The translations under genes were made by a program, and so were the position numbers. A model generated the notes under the pieces. It had not been told where the DNA came from. It ran no database searches and saw nothing but the letters and a program-made list of their open reading frames with translations. A DNA stretch of 64,000 bases from positions 108,626,001 through 108,690,000 of the forward strand of contig NC_086097.1 in assembly GCF_963921235.1 (NCBI RefSeq), in the 5' to 3' direction. The stretch comes from Mobula hypostoma (Eukaryota). Below are positions 1 to 12,367 of this stretch, piece after piece; position 1 is the first letter of the stretch; the number at the start of each line of letters is the position of its first letter.

Positions 1-105
1 AAATGGACTCCCGTGCTAACTAAGAATATATACTAATGGTAAAACTGTATTTTAATTCTGTGTCAGTCAATTCATTATTGATGACTTCTTTTGTCTGAAT
101 TTCAG

Positions 106-258
106 CTTGCTAAAAATCTGCCTCCTCGAACTGTTGGCTACCCGTGGACTCTAATTTACAGCACTTCAAAGCATGGCATGAGTCTGAAGACACTGTACCG
201 TAGTATGACAGGTGTCGATACACCAATGCTGCTAGTTATTAAAGACAGCGATGGCCAG
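106..258 (+). CDS. OXR1: OXR1-like TLDc domain, internal coding exon (gene starts upstream of window)
   Basis: ttcag| acceptor and |gtacag donor; 153 nt, phase 0-0; LAKNLPPRTVGYPWTLIYSTSKHGMSLKTLYRSMTGVDTPMLLVIKDSDGQ matches the recalled OXR1 TLDc start. Confidence 0.93.
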
Positions 259-285
259 GTACAGCAAAGACATTTAAAAGACAGA

Positions 286-522
286 GGTAACACACATCAA
301 AGTTGCTGGTGAACGTAGCAGGCCAGGCAGCATCTCTCGGAAGAGGTACAATCGACGTTTCAGGCCGAGACCCTTCGTCAGGACAGTCCTGACGAAGGGT
401 CTTGGCCTGAAACGTCGATTGTACCTCTTCCGAGAGATGCTGCCTGGCCTGCTACGTTCACCAGCAACTTTGATGTGTGTTGCTTGAATTTCCAGCACCT
501 GCAGAATTCCTGTTGTTTGCGT
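286..522. mobile_element. Fold-back mini Penelope-like element (pLTR only) in OXR1 intron
   Basis: Inverted repeat 289-481 (96-bp arms, 1-nt loop); same sequence as the 3' ends of GIY-YIG-bearing PLEs at 30063 and 44760-44943; flanked by tttaaaagacaga at 273-285 and 523-535. Confidence 0.85.
383..422 (+). ncRNA. Minimal type I hammerhead ribozyme motif (PLE type)
   Basis: acagtc-CTGACGA-A-GGG tcttgg CCT-GAAAC-GTC-gattgt: core boxes, stem I, stem II and a palindromic ACGT minimal stem III. Confidence 0.7.
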
Positions 523-994
523 TTTAAAAGACAGACGTGTTACTTTTATGTCATACATGAAAAAATATACTGTTAACTTTTCACAAAGGTAGTATTTCAA
601 AACAGTAAAATATACACATTCCTATAGTATTTCACTCTGCCTTGCTGATTTTCAGAATTTTGACATTTTTTTAGTTTCAGTTGGGTGGTGCTATGAGTGT
701 TGTCACTTGATAGGTTGTATGATATTTCAAGCCATGACGGCTGGCTTTGTTCCCCATTGCTGTACAGACCCTTCCATCTACTCCACCTCAACAACTTGCA
801 TTCAGTTGTGGAACATAAAACTGCTGGAGGAACTCAGTCTGTTGTGTTTCCACTCAGTTTTGGGCTTGTGAATTACTGTACTGGGAGTCTCAGAAGTTAA
901 TAGCATCAGCAGCCTATGAGTATAACTTGTTTACAATTTTGGTAGTTTAAGAAATGTTCAGATTAATTTCTATTATCCTGTTCTATGCCCACAG

Positions 995-1090
995 CTATTT
1001 GGTGCACTAGCATCAGAGCCATTTAAAGTTAGCGATTGTTTTTATGGCACAGGGGAGACGTTCCTTTTCACATTTTATCCAGAATTTAAG
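995..1090 (+). CDS. OXR1: OXR1-like TLDc domain exon
   Basis: acag|...|gtaaga; 96 nt; LFGALASEPFKVSDCFYGTGETFLFTFYPEFK contains the TLDc FYGTGETF motif; not in the ORF track. Confidence 0.93.
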
Positions 1091-1946
1091 GTAAGAAAAC
1101 AAATTGATCAGATCCACTTCCCAGTTTTAAATGTTGTTACTTAATAAACAATATAAACAGTGCAGCCAAATTTTTGAAGTACTGGAATATTTGTATTTAA
1201 CAAACAGTTGAAATTAAGTGATTTGAACAAAAAGAGTTGACTGTAGTAAGTGATTAGAACAATTGTAATGGTATTGACATTTTGATTAAGAAAAATAAAT
1301 TCAATTGAATCTTTTACAAATAATTTTAATGTCAATCACATGTAGCACTCAATATTGATCAAGGGTATAAAATTTGATTGCATTGAAATTTCAGACAAGT
1401 GATTTGAAAGAACGAGCTTTGTTTTCCAACCATTTTCTTATTGAAACCTTTTTACAACTCTAACAATAATGCAGTTGTTATACGTACATGTCATAAATAT
1501 GTATTGATATATATCAATGGTCTTTAAATTTCAAATGAACGGATTCTGTTTTGATATTTGTGGCTGATCCAGTTGAGTTTCTGGTCAATGTGACTCTTAG
1601 GATCGCTGGGGAATTAACATACATGAGCATAGACCAGAAATTGTGCCTTAATGCAACATCACATGTGAACAAGTACTACCTAGATGTTGAGGCCATTTAA
1701 GAGTTAACCACATGGAGTGGCTCATTGAGTAGACACGTGCTGTTTAAGTGGCAGTATATTAGCTACCCTGCCAATTTAGGGGTGAGGGGGTGGGTTATAT
1801 ATTTTATGCCAACAAACATTTGCCCAGTTAATGGCTATTTTGCTGCATATAGTTTCTGAATGTATACTGGCAGCATATATGCAGAAAGGAAAGCCCTTTG
1901 CATCCTCTACTGTTGGCACCAGTGATCTGGCTGTATGTCCAAAAGA

Positions 1947-2213
1947 GGGCAGCACAGTTGCATAGTGGTTAGCAGAATGCTTTCCAGTAAAGATGACCAT
2001 GGTTCAATTCCAGCTGCTGCCTGTAAGGAGTACATTCTCCCCCGACCATGTGGGTTTCCCCTCTCAATCCAAAGACGTACCTGTTGGTAGGTTTCTTGGT
2101 CATTTTCAATTGTCCAGTGACTAGGCTATGATTAATTTGGGGGATTGCTGGGCAGTGTGGCTCAAAGGGCTGGAAGGGCCTGTTCCACACTGTATCTCAA
2201 TAAATAAATAAAA
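1947..2213 (+). mobile_element. tRNA-derived SINE (V-SINE/HE1-like) with CR1-type tail
   Basis: A-box-like tagtggttagc, B-box ggttcaattcc, central gtgggtttcc...caaagacgtac core, tail gaagggcctgtt...(aaat)n. Confidence 0.75.
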
Positions 2214-2586
2214 TTATTTTTGTGAAGATAGGAATAGCAGTCAATGGATCAAGTGCTGGTAACTGGGATTAATATGTTTGGGTACTTGATGGTTGGTATG
2301 GACAGGGTTTCTGTGCTGTTAAACTCAATGATTTTGCTATAACCCATTTGCTTCATGTTCAAAGTTGTTCCCATTCAGCAAATAGTGCTAGACAAATCAC
2401 ACCATGGAACCTACCTCAATTCCACTGATCTTTGAATTCACTGAACAGTGGAGGATGGAAATTGTGACTTGAGATCGATCCTTTTTATGCTGTGCTTTGG
2501 TTAGATTTTAAATGGATATCTGATGAAACGTGTCTAGTAATTTTTTTGAAAAAGTGACGTTCCTAGGGGAAAATATCTTCACTATT

Positions 2587-4882
2587 AAGCCCACAAGAGG
2601 AGAGGCTGTACTTGATCAGGTATTGGGAAATGAACCTGGTCAGGTGTCGGATCTCTCAGTGGGAGAGCATTTTGGAGATAATGATCACAATTTTATCTCC
2701 TTTACCATGCATTGGAGAGGGATAGGAACAGACAAGTTAGGAAAGTGTTTAATTGGAGTAAGGGGCTATATGAGGCAGTAATTTGGAAACATAAACTGGG
2801 AATTGATGTTCTCAGGGAAATGTACGGAAGAAATGTGGCAGATGTTCAGGGGATATTTGCATGGAGTTCTGCATAGGTATGTTCCAATGAGACAGGTAAA
2901 GGATGGTAGGGTACAGGAACCATGGTATACAAAGGCTGTTGGAAATCTAGTCATGAAGAAAAGAAAAGCTTACAAAAGGTTCAAAAAAACTAGGTAATGA
3001 TAGAGATGTAGAAGATTATAAGGCTAGCAGGAAGGAGCTTAAGAATGAAATTAGGAGAGCCAGAAGGGGCCATGAGAAGGCCTTGGCACCTCAAGGCACT
3101 CTACAAGTATGTGGAGAGCAAGAGGATAAGACGTGAGAGAATAGGACCAATCACGTGTGACAGTGGAAAAGTGTGTATAGAACTGGAGGAGATAGCAGAG
3201 GTACTTAATGAGTACTTTGCTCAGTATTCACTACAGAAAAGCGATTGTAGGGATGACCTACAGCGGACGGAAACGCTTGAGCATGTACATATTAAGAAAG
3301 AGGATATACTGGAGCTTTTGGAAAGCATCAAGTTAGATAAGTCACTGGGACTGGATGAGGTGTACCCCAGGCTACTGTGGGAAGCGAGGGAGGAGATTGC
3401 TGAGCCTCTGGCGATGATCTTTGCATCATCAATGAGGACGGAGGATTGGAGGGTTGCGGATGTTGTTCAAGAAAGGGAGTAGAGATAGCTCAAGAAATTA
3501 TAGACCAGTGAGTCTTATACTTAAGTAGTTGGTAAGTTGATGGAGAAGATCCTGAGAGGCAGGATTTATGACCATTTGGAGAGGCATAGTATGATTAGGA
3601 ATAGTCGGCATGGCTTTGTCAAAGGTAGGTCATGCCTTACAAGCCTGATTGAATTTTTTGAGGATGTGACTAAACACATTGATGAAGGTAGAGCAGTAGA
3701 TGTAGTGTATATGGATTTCAGCAAGGCATTTGACAGGGTACTCTATGCAAGGCTTATTGAGAAAGTAAAGAGGCATGGGATCCAAGGGGACATTGCTTTG
3801 TGGATCCAGAACTGGCTTGCCCACAGAAGGCAAAGAGTGGTTGTAGACGGGTCATATACTGCATGGAGATCGGTGACCAGTCGTGTGCCTCAGGGATCTG
3901 TTCTGGGACCCCTACTCTTCATTATTTTTATACATAACCTGGATGAGGAAGTGGAGGAATGGGTTAGTAAATTTGCTGATGACACAAAAGTTGGGGGTGT
4001 TGTGGATAGTATGGAGGGCTGTCAGAGGTTACAACAGGACATTGATAGGATGCAAAAGTGGGCTGAGAAGTGGCAGATGGAGTTCAACCCAGATAAGTGT
4101 GAGGTTGTTCATTTTGGTAGGTCAAGTATGATGTCAGAATATAGTATTAATAATAAGACTCTCGGCAGTGTGGAGGATCAGAGGATCTTGGGGTCCGAGT
4201 CCATAGGACTCTCAAAGCTGTTATGCAGGTTGACTCTGTGGTTAAGAAAGCATATGGTGTATTGGCCTTCATCAATCGTGGGATTGAGTTTAAGAGCCAA
4301 AATGTAATGTTACAGCTATATAGGACCCTGGTCAGACCCCACTTGGAGTACTCTGCTCAGTTCTGGTTGCCTCACTGCAGGAAGGATGTGGAAACCATAG
4401 AAAGGATGCAGAGGAGATTTACAAGGATGTTGCCTGGATTGGGCAGCATGTCTTATGAGAGTAGGTTGAGTACACTCGTCTTTTTTTCCTTGGAGTGACG
4501 GAGGATGAGAGGTGGACCTGATAAAGGTGTACAAGATGATGAGAGGCATTGATCGTGTGGATAGTCAGAGGCTTTTTCCCAGGGCTGAAATGGCTAGCGC
4601 ACAAGGGCACAGTTTTAAGATGCTTGGAAGTAGGTACAGAGGAGATGTCAGGGGTTGTTTTTTACGCAGAGAGTGGTGAGTGCATGGAATAGCCTGTCGG
4701 TGACGATAGTGAAGGCAGATACGATAGGGTCTTTTAATAGACTCCTGGACAGGTACATGGAGTTCAAAAAAACAGAGAGCTGTGGGTAACCCTCGGTAAT
4801 TTCTAAGATAAGGACATGTTTGGCATAGCTTTGTGGGCCAAAGTGCCTGTATTGTGCTGTAGGTTTTCTATGTGTCTGTGTT
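2587..4882 (+). mobile_element. CR1 LINE, 5'-truncated, frameshifted ORF2
   Basis: RT motifs [26 protein letters not shown]-terminal LVRPHLEY; tail ttctatgt. Confidence 0.93.
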
Positions 4883-4963
4883 ATTGTTCATTAATCTTTA
4901 GATCCATGTATTAATGCTGAGCAGCTTTTGAACAATAAGTAACAAAAGCTGAATATTTTTCAG

Positions 4964-5037
4964 ATCTTCAAATGGACAGGCGATAATATGTTCTTCATCA
5001 AAGGAGATATGGATTCCTTGGCTTTCGGTGGCGGAGG
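4964..5037 (+). CDS. OXR1: OXR1-like TLDc domain exon
   Basis: tttcag|...|gtaaat; 74 nt, phase 0-2; IFKWTGDNMFFIKGDMDSLAFGGG(G). Confidence 0.93.
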
Positions 5038-5722
5038 GTAAATCTCCTTTAATAGTTTTAGCACCTTGGGTGACTGTACAGATAGGAGGCTGTTCCCTAT
5101 TAGTAAGAAATCTTGCTAATAATCTTCACAAAGGATTTTATGGGATGACAGATTTTACAAAAAGTATTTTATCTTATAACAATGCCATTAGAAAAGTAAC
5201 TATAAGCTGTTCCATATGCACAGTTAAATTGGTTCATCAAAATTTTAAAGCATATGGCAATGAATTTGTTTTGGAATATGGGTATTATTATACAGGCCAC
5301 AAGAAGATCAATGCGAGAGGGTGGGCTGTTCTGGATTGATGAAATTTTCCTCAAGCACAGGGAAATCCTGTTTGTGTGGGGCATCTCTCAATGTAGAAGG
5401 CTGACCCTCATCACTATCTCAAGTCTATGTCATGAATACATTCACACTTTTTAGTTGTCATTCTTAAAACACTAACTTCTAGCAAATTGGTTCCGCAAGT
5501 TACATGTTTAGGAGCAGCCTCTCAGGTTTCTTAAATATTCCTTTCAGATGAAAAATTTTGTCAATGAAAAATTGCTGCTTACAACATTACACTTATGATA
5601 CCTGTTGTCTATCAACATTTGCTAATAAATTTCAGTTTTCTAACTTAAAAAGTTACTTTGTCACTTTTGATCTACTCACATGCATGTAAAAAGCTCAACA
5701 AAATCATGCATCCTTATTACCA

Positions 5723-6082
5723 GTGCCTTATAAAGCCTCAACATTACATCCTTGCTTTTATATTCTAGTCCTCGAAATGAATGCTAACATTGCATTTGCC
5801 TTCCTCACCACCAACTCAAGCTGCAAATTAACCTTTTGGGGAATCCTGCACAAGGATTCCCAAGTCTCTTTGCACCTTGGATTTTTGAATTTTCTCCCTG
5901 TTTAGAAAATAGTCTATGCTTATATTCTTTCTACTAAAGTGCATGACAATACACTTCCTGATACCTGCTCCATCTGCCACTTCTTTACCCATTTTCCTTG
6001 TACATTTAAGTCCTGCAGCTTCTCTACTTCAGCACAGCCTATCCCTCCACCTATCTTTGTATCATCTGCGAACTTGACCACA
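5723..6082 (-). mobile_element. Degenerate CR1 RT fragment
   Basis: [10 protein letters not shown]...KWQM on -. Confidence 0.75.
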
Positions 6083-6864
6083 AAGCTGCAATGTTTGAAT
6101 ATGACCATTGGGTCACAATTCCTCACCCAATTACAGCTAAAGATGCACAAGGATTAAGCTTTGCTACTCAGTTTCCCACAAAAAAATAGTTGTGGAAGTG
6201 GTTTATTTACAAATTCAATTTTAGATAAAAGCTATATTAATATTTAATTATTTAAATTTCTTTATTTGAACTTGTATAAAAGGGCACAAAACATTTTTAT
6301 TGTTCTATTAATTTCTCATTCCTTCATGTTGTGTTCAGTGATGGACACATTTTGCTATGCCATTTATGTAGTACAGCATTAAATCAGACGTTTACAGTGT
6401 TGGATTACTGCCAGGGGTTATGCACCCTGTATACACCTTTATCTTCCCTTAACGGCCTATCTTTCTACTTCATTTTCCTTCCTGTTCATTGCTAGCTTAT
6501 CCTTTAAATCTTAGCTTTAATTTTTCCAGCTGTTGGCCAGTTCCACATTTCCTACAGATGTTCTCCTGAATTCCTTATGTATTTTTAAATGTTTGACCCT
6601 GTCTCCAATTGTACCATCCTCTTATTCACTCCCCCATGCCCCACCAACCCAGTGGAAACTTCTAGCATCTTCCCCCCTCTCTAACTATTCAGATTAATTC
6701 TTTATAGTAGAATATCTGGTTCATGGAACAATCTAATTTCCCCACGATTAGGTCTGTGATCTATTCCTCCCCAGTGGTTCCCCCACCATGTTGCCATCAA
6801 CTCCCCCTCTGTTTTCTACCACTCCCACATACCAGGGGCAATTTACAGTGACCTATAAGTATGA

Positions 6865-7318
6865 AGGATCAACTTGTTTATCATATACATTTACATGTAT
6901 TAGAAATTTACTATTGTGTATTGGCCTGACGTACAATAAAGACAGCATTCAATTATAAAGAATTATATAAGAAATAAACTTAGAGGTTAAACTACAGATA
7001 TGGAATAAAATATGCACAAAAAACATAAATGATAGCATTATAAAAGCAAAAGTGGTTTAAAGCATTTGCAGTGCAGCGACTGGGGGGGGGGGCAGGGGGT
7101 GTGGTTAACTGCCTGTGGGAAGAAACATTTGTAAAGGCATGAAATTTTTGCTTTTGCCCTATAGCACTTTCCAGAAGAGAGCCTTTGAAAAAAGTAGTTT
7201 GCAGGGTGGGTAGTGTCCGCACTGATTTTCCTGCCCCTCTCTCTGTCCTGGACACATACGAGGCCTGCCGTGATGGTAGACTGCAGCCAGTGACATTTTC
7301 TGTTGATCTGACAGTCCA
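6865..7318 (-). mobile_element. Non-LTR (Rex/Babar-like) 3' fragment inserted in a minus-strand SINE
   Basis: RAGKISADTTHPANYFFQRLSSGKCYR-like C-terminus; SINE pieces at ~6780-6860 and ~7320-7500. Confidence 0.55.
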
Positions 7319-7628
7319 GCACCCACCAAACTGCATATTTTTTTTAAGAATTGGAAGGAAATCAAAGAACCAGAGGAGTAACCCATGTGCTTACAGGGAG
7401 TGGGTAAACCCCACGCATATTGGAGATCAGGATTGAACCTGGGTTGTTGCTGCTACAAGGCTACAGCTCAATCAGCTGTGCCATTATGTAGCTGCCTCCT
7501 TTCCTAATTAACCATAATCTATGTTCTCAGATAATCTGGGATTTTTCCGGAGTAAAAACTTGATTGAACTAACATCAGTATGTTTCTGTTCAACTTCCCC
7601 TACAATGAATTCAATATGTTCTTTGCAG

Positions 7629-7764
7629 AGGAGAAATTGGACTGTGGTTGGATGGAGATCTGTACCATGGGCGTAGCCATGCTTGTAAAACATTTGACAA
7701 TCGCATCCTTTCAAAGAAAGAAGATTTCTATGTACAGGACATTGAAATATGGGCTTTTGAGTGA
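7629..7764 (+). CDS. OXR1: OXR1-like terminal coding exon
   Basis: ctttgcag| acceptor with compatible phase; GEIGLWLDGDLYHGRSHACKTFDNRILSKKEDFYVQDIEIWAFE then TGA at 7762-7764. Confidence 0.93.
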
Positions 7765-9559
7765 AAAATACTTTGCATAAGCACTAAAGAGATTAAAGTC
7801 TCTCACGAATGTCGGACCCCAAAACCCACGTGTATCAGTACAGCAAAGCTGAGTCTCGGCATATCAAGACTGACACTTGCTCCCTCGTTCCTGTCTTCAG
7901 TAGAGCAACCCAGCCACTTTTGTTAAAAGGTTAATAGAGTGAAATTGCTTTAAGTGTTGAAGCTTATTGAACATAACTGAAGTGTTGATGTCACAGTTGT
8001 CTGATATATAACATACTTAAATTCTAAGCACCAGCCTTTGGGTTTTCTTGAGTTAATTTGATTTCAGTTTGATGGCACATCAGACTGAATCCTGACTTGC
8101 TGCAATCAGATACATGATCAGGTCAAAACCAAGCAAATAAATATTAATAGCTCATGGATGTAAATCAAATGGAACTTGGTTTTGACAGGGTAAAACTGTT
8201 CCTCATGTTGTTACTTCAAGTTTAGGATAGACACTGTAAACATTTTGGGTTTGGTGACAAAAGAAGCTCGGATTGCTCCACATGTTCAACTATTTTTAAA
8301 CAATATTGCAGTCGTGTTGCAAAACTAATGGAAAAAAAAGAAATGTGTCAAGAAATTTAAAATCCTCATGTCAGCAAAATGTTACAGGTTTGTCTAATTC
8401 TGCGAAGATGGAGTATATTTAATATTTATTGGGCAAGCATATATCTATCCTACTATTGAGCTTCATAGCACACTAAACTCCCAAGCACATACAGAGTACT
8501 CATAGTTGTGCTGTCTGTCAAGGTGTGTACATTGTGACTGCAACTAATACCACAGGATAGTGTAGGCACTGTTGAGAGTAGGATCATTTTTTTAGATTTG
8601 TGAAATTTGCAGATTAGTCGTGACCTCAAACAACCTTGGCCAGCAATGTTTCACAGTAATTTCTGGCCCTGTCAAAGCAAATGAATAGAGCCAGCAGTAG
8701 ATTAACAGTCTCAGAAAGCAAAGGTTTCTCTGTATTTAGTCAAGTTTGAAACCTGTTTTTTGAAAAATAAAAATATTTATGTTTTGGGCGTGATGGTGAC
8801 TTCTAGTGCTGAAAATCCAGCTGTTCCAAATGCATTGTATATTAACCTGTAAATTAAAGTAAAATATACACTGTACTGCAGTTTAGAAAACTGGAAATGG
8901 TGAATTGATTATAATGTTTTGAATTACAATAGAAATTAACTCAGGCCATTTAATTTCATTGGCTTTAGTTGCAGCCAATTCTTTAGTACATTTCCAAATA
9001 TAAGTTTTTGGATTGTTGGAAGAGAGTTTGCTGCTACAGTTCAAAAAGGCATATTTTCTGAACTATGTTTATGCTGAATGTGAAAAATACATTAATTTGC
9101 TCTGTTTTTGCCTAATGTACTGTAACTTTGATAGGATGTGGCCTGACTGTTTACAGATTTTTTTTCAAATTGAATTACAAAATAAATATAGCAGCTTTTC
9201 TTCCCCTTCAGTCTTCCACAGCAGTATTATTGTCTTTGTGGAGTTGCCGCTACCTATATAAAAAATATATATTTAAAAGTCCTAGAATTATCACGGTACT
9301 GCAATGTAATGGTGATGTATAGTAGAATAAATTATTGGAACCATTTATCCTTGTCTGAATTCATTTGGTTTCATCAAATTATACAATACAGGTGGTCAGT
9401 CCACCATAATGTGTGCCAGAGTTTGCAAGTATTAATGGGTTTCTCACACAGTTTTTCAATGTTTCCCACCAAGTACAAGTGCATTTCCTTTTGAAAGTGA
9501 TTATTAAATCCTTTTTAGATGGTACATTCAAAATTATAACATCACTGTAAAAAAAAAGA

Positions 9560-9565
9560 AATAAA
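9560..9565 (+). terminator. Candidate polyadenylation signal ending the OXR1-like 3'UTR
   Basis: AATAAA followed by a U/GU-rich stretch; TE fragments resume from ~9750; other AATAAA hexamers occur upstream (e.g. 8766). Confidence 0.5.
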
Positions 9566-9834
9566 AGAATCTTTCTTGTTCTTTTGACCTTTATTTTAAA
9601 TCTGTGTCCTTTAATTATTGATGTTCCTGATATTAAAACAGTTGCTCATTTTGAATATGTACTATTTCTCCCCTTAATCTCGCCGCTGTAAGACCATTCC
9701 CCAAATTCTCTACTCTTTACCTGACAGTAGCTCAGTTTTTATCATAGATCATGAAAATTAAAAAAGAGATTGCAGATGCTGGAAGACTAGCAGGTCCGAC
9801 TTTGATGAAGTGACTTCTACCTGAAATTGAAGTT

Positions 9835-10187
9835 AGCTGCAGAGAATTGTAAAATTATTCTGCTTCATCATGGATACTAGCCTCCGTATTATCCAAGACA
9901 TCTTCAAGGAGTGGTACCTCAGAAAGGCAGCGTCCATCATTAAGGACCCCCACCACCCTCTTCTCATTATTACCATCAGGAAGGAGGTACAGGAGCCTGA
10001 AGGAGCACAGTCAACGTTTCAGGAACAGCTTCGTCTGATGTGCCATCTGATTTCAGAATGGGCATTTAACCCATGAACACTACGTATATGTTTACTGTAA
10101 TTCAGTTTTTTCTCTCTATTAGCATTGTACTGCTACCACAGAGTTCAATTTCACAATGATGATATTAAACCTGATAATGATTCTGAT
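9835..10187 (+). mobile_element. Rex/Babar-type LINE 3' fragment
   Basis: KAASIIKDPHHP motif; tail attaaacctgataatgattctgatt. Confidence 0.7.
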
Positions 10188-11497
10188 TTTGTGTAGAAGT
10201 CTACTGCAGATTCAAAATATGCCAGACCATAGAAGGTCGGACTAGAGTGTTTTAACTTGTTGTACTATTGTAAAATCAATGATGAGCTGTTCAGAACCAC
10301 TGGCGAATATATTGTACTCTCTTTCCCAGAAAACTCATTGCTTTGCTGCTACATTGCATTGTGCTCTGTTGTTTGAATGTCTGAATGCCCCTCAGCCGTT
10401 GCTATTGCATCTGCCTCCACCAGTTCCCCGGCAGCATATTCGAGGCTTCTAGCATTCTCTGGGTAAAAATTTACCTTGCAAGTCTCCTTTAAACATTCCT
10501 TTCTCAGCTTAAATCTATTTTCTTAACTTTCACTGTATACCTAAATCCATAAAACCTAGTTGAGTCAGGTAAACCTTTCTGAGGAGAGAACCCTAATTTT
10601 TATGTTATTTTTAATCCCTGACAATAGCAGTTGAGCCATACAAAATATGAATCTAGTCCCACAATTCCTAATTTATACCCAAAGTAAGTTCAATGACTTA
10701 ATTTCACATAGTGAACTGTACTGACTTGACGTCATGCCACAGTCATTTGACAATAGTTTAAAAGATGATTAGATGAGTTCAAATGTTTAGGAAATCTTGT
10801 TAAATAAGATAACTCAACTGTTTCTCTGACAATCATGTAGTTCAGAAACAGGTCATTTGGCCAAATGGATGATGCAACCTTCAAATCTATTTACACTAAT
10901 CCTGTATTAATGTCATTTTCTTTTACAGTACAGCACAGGAACAAACACTTCATGATGTTGTACAGAACTAATTAAGCTAATTGCACCAATATTGATGAAA
11001 TTGCTTCTTTCTCCAATTTTAAATATTGCTACAAATTCAATCTCTGCTTTTCATTCATTTCTGACAGCTTTTCCAACATTCTTAGTGTTGCATTTTCCAT
11101 TCCATCTCAGCTGAAGACCTCCCACTTTCACCACAGACGTGAATTCATCTAAAATAGTGTGCCTATATTCGCCCTCGTGCCAAGTACCCACCATGCTATG
11201 GACCCTGTGCTCACTCATTTAGAATGCAATTATTTTTAAAATTCTTACTCTTTTTAATAATTGCCTCCGTACATTCAAAGTCTCAAACTACCTTCAGCTT
11301 TGTCATAAAAATTGCCTGTCCAAAGAAATTCTCCCAGTGTTAAATTTTGCTTTGTTCAAATCATGCAAAATCATGTATGAAACACTGCAAGTTACTAGTT
11401 TAACATAAAAAAGTATTTTGTAAAAAAAATACTTTGTGTTATTTAATTTACGGGAGAGTAGTTTTCCATCAAAACTCTTGGCTGTTATTACTGTAAG

Positions 11498-12212
11498 TGT
11501 CATGTATGGATCTATTTGTTTTAGTGCATGACTCCCCTAGCACTATTGACTGATAACTTACCCATGTACATTGATCTGTTGTTTTCTCACTACAAGGAGA
11601 ATATACCAGTTAACCTCAACTCCATGTGCATGTCTTTATTTAATTGATATGTAGTTGTACAGACACAACAAATTGGCAACGAGTACAAACCTGAATGTCA
11701 GTGAATATCACCAACAGCACCAATAGTTACAGGATGACAGAATTTGGAGGAAGGGAGAGAGACAGCGAGAGGAAAGAGTGAATCAGTACCGAGAAGGCCA
11801 TCACAGATGCTAGCGAAAGGATGCCTGAGTAATAGTGCATGGTACACAGTGAGAGATGCACAGCTAGCAAAGTTAAGGTGATGATGGCCTTAGTTGGGGA
11901 AGTTGACAATTTTGATAATGCTATTGAGGACTGGGAATTGTATATCGAGAAGATTGAATTGTATTGCAGTGCTAACAACATGGATGATGAAAAGAAAGTC
12001 TCCATGCTTCTTAGCTTAATGGGTACTAAAACGTACAAGCTTTTAAGCCAGCAAGCAAGATGTTCAATGAAATTGTTACAACTTTACAAAATCACTTGAG
12101 CCCTAAACTGCTAATAATTAGCTGAAAGGTGTAGATTTCACAAAAGGAACCAGTCAATTGATGAAAGCATTTCTGAGTACATTGTACAACTCCGCAGACT
12201 TTCCCAGCCTTG
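11498..12212 (+). mobile_element. Gypsy LTR-retrotransposon remnant: short 5' LTR, PBS and decayed gag
   Basis: TGT...AACA (11498-11670) followed by PBS-like attggcaacgag; gag-like MALVGEVDNFDNAIEDWELYIEKIELYCSAN...LLSLMGTKTYKLL and RFHKRNQ..ESISEYI. Confidence 0.75.
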
Positions 12213-12367
12213 AAACTACTAAATTCCATGAAAAGATAAAGCTTCTTAATGAAAAGCTTGATGTTACCGCAAGGAATTGTTTTGATGAAGCCACTTGAAA
12301 TTAAGTTTTAATGAATGTAAATCAAAGACAGAACCTTCTTTTACATGGCTTATAGAAAAAATGTTTT

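Noticed and set aside
91..312. 73-aa ORF as a complete gene
   Set aside because: Only 106-258 is exon; the rest is intron and PLE arm read-through
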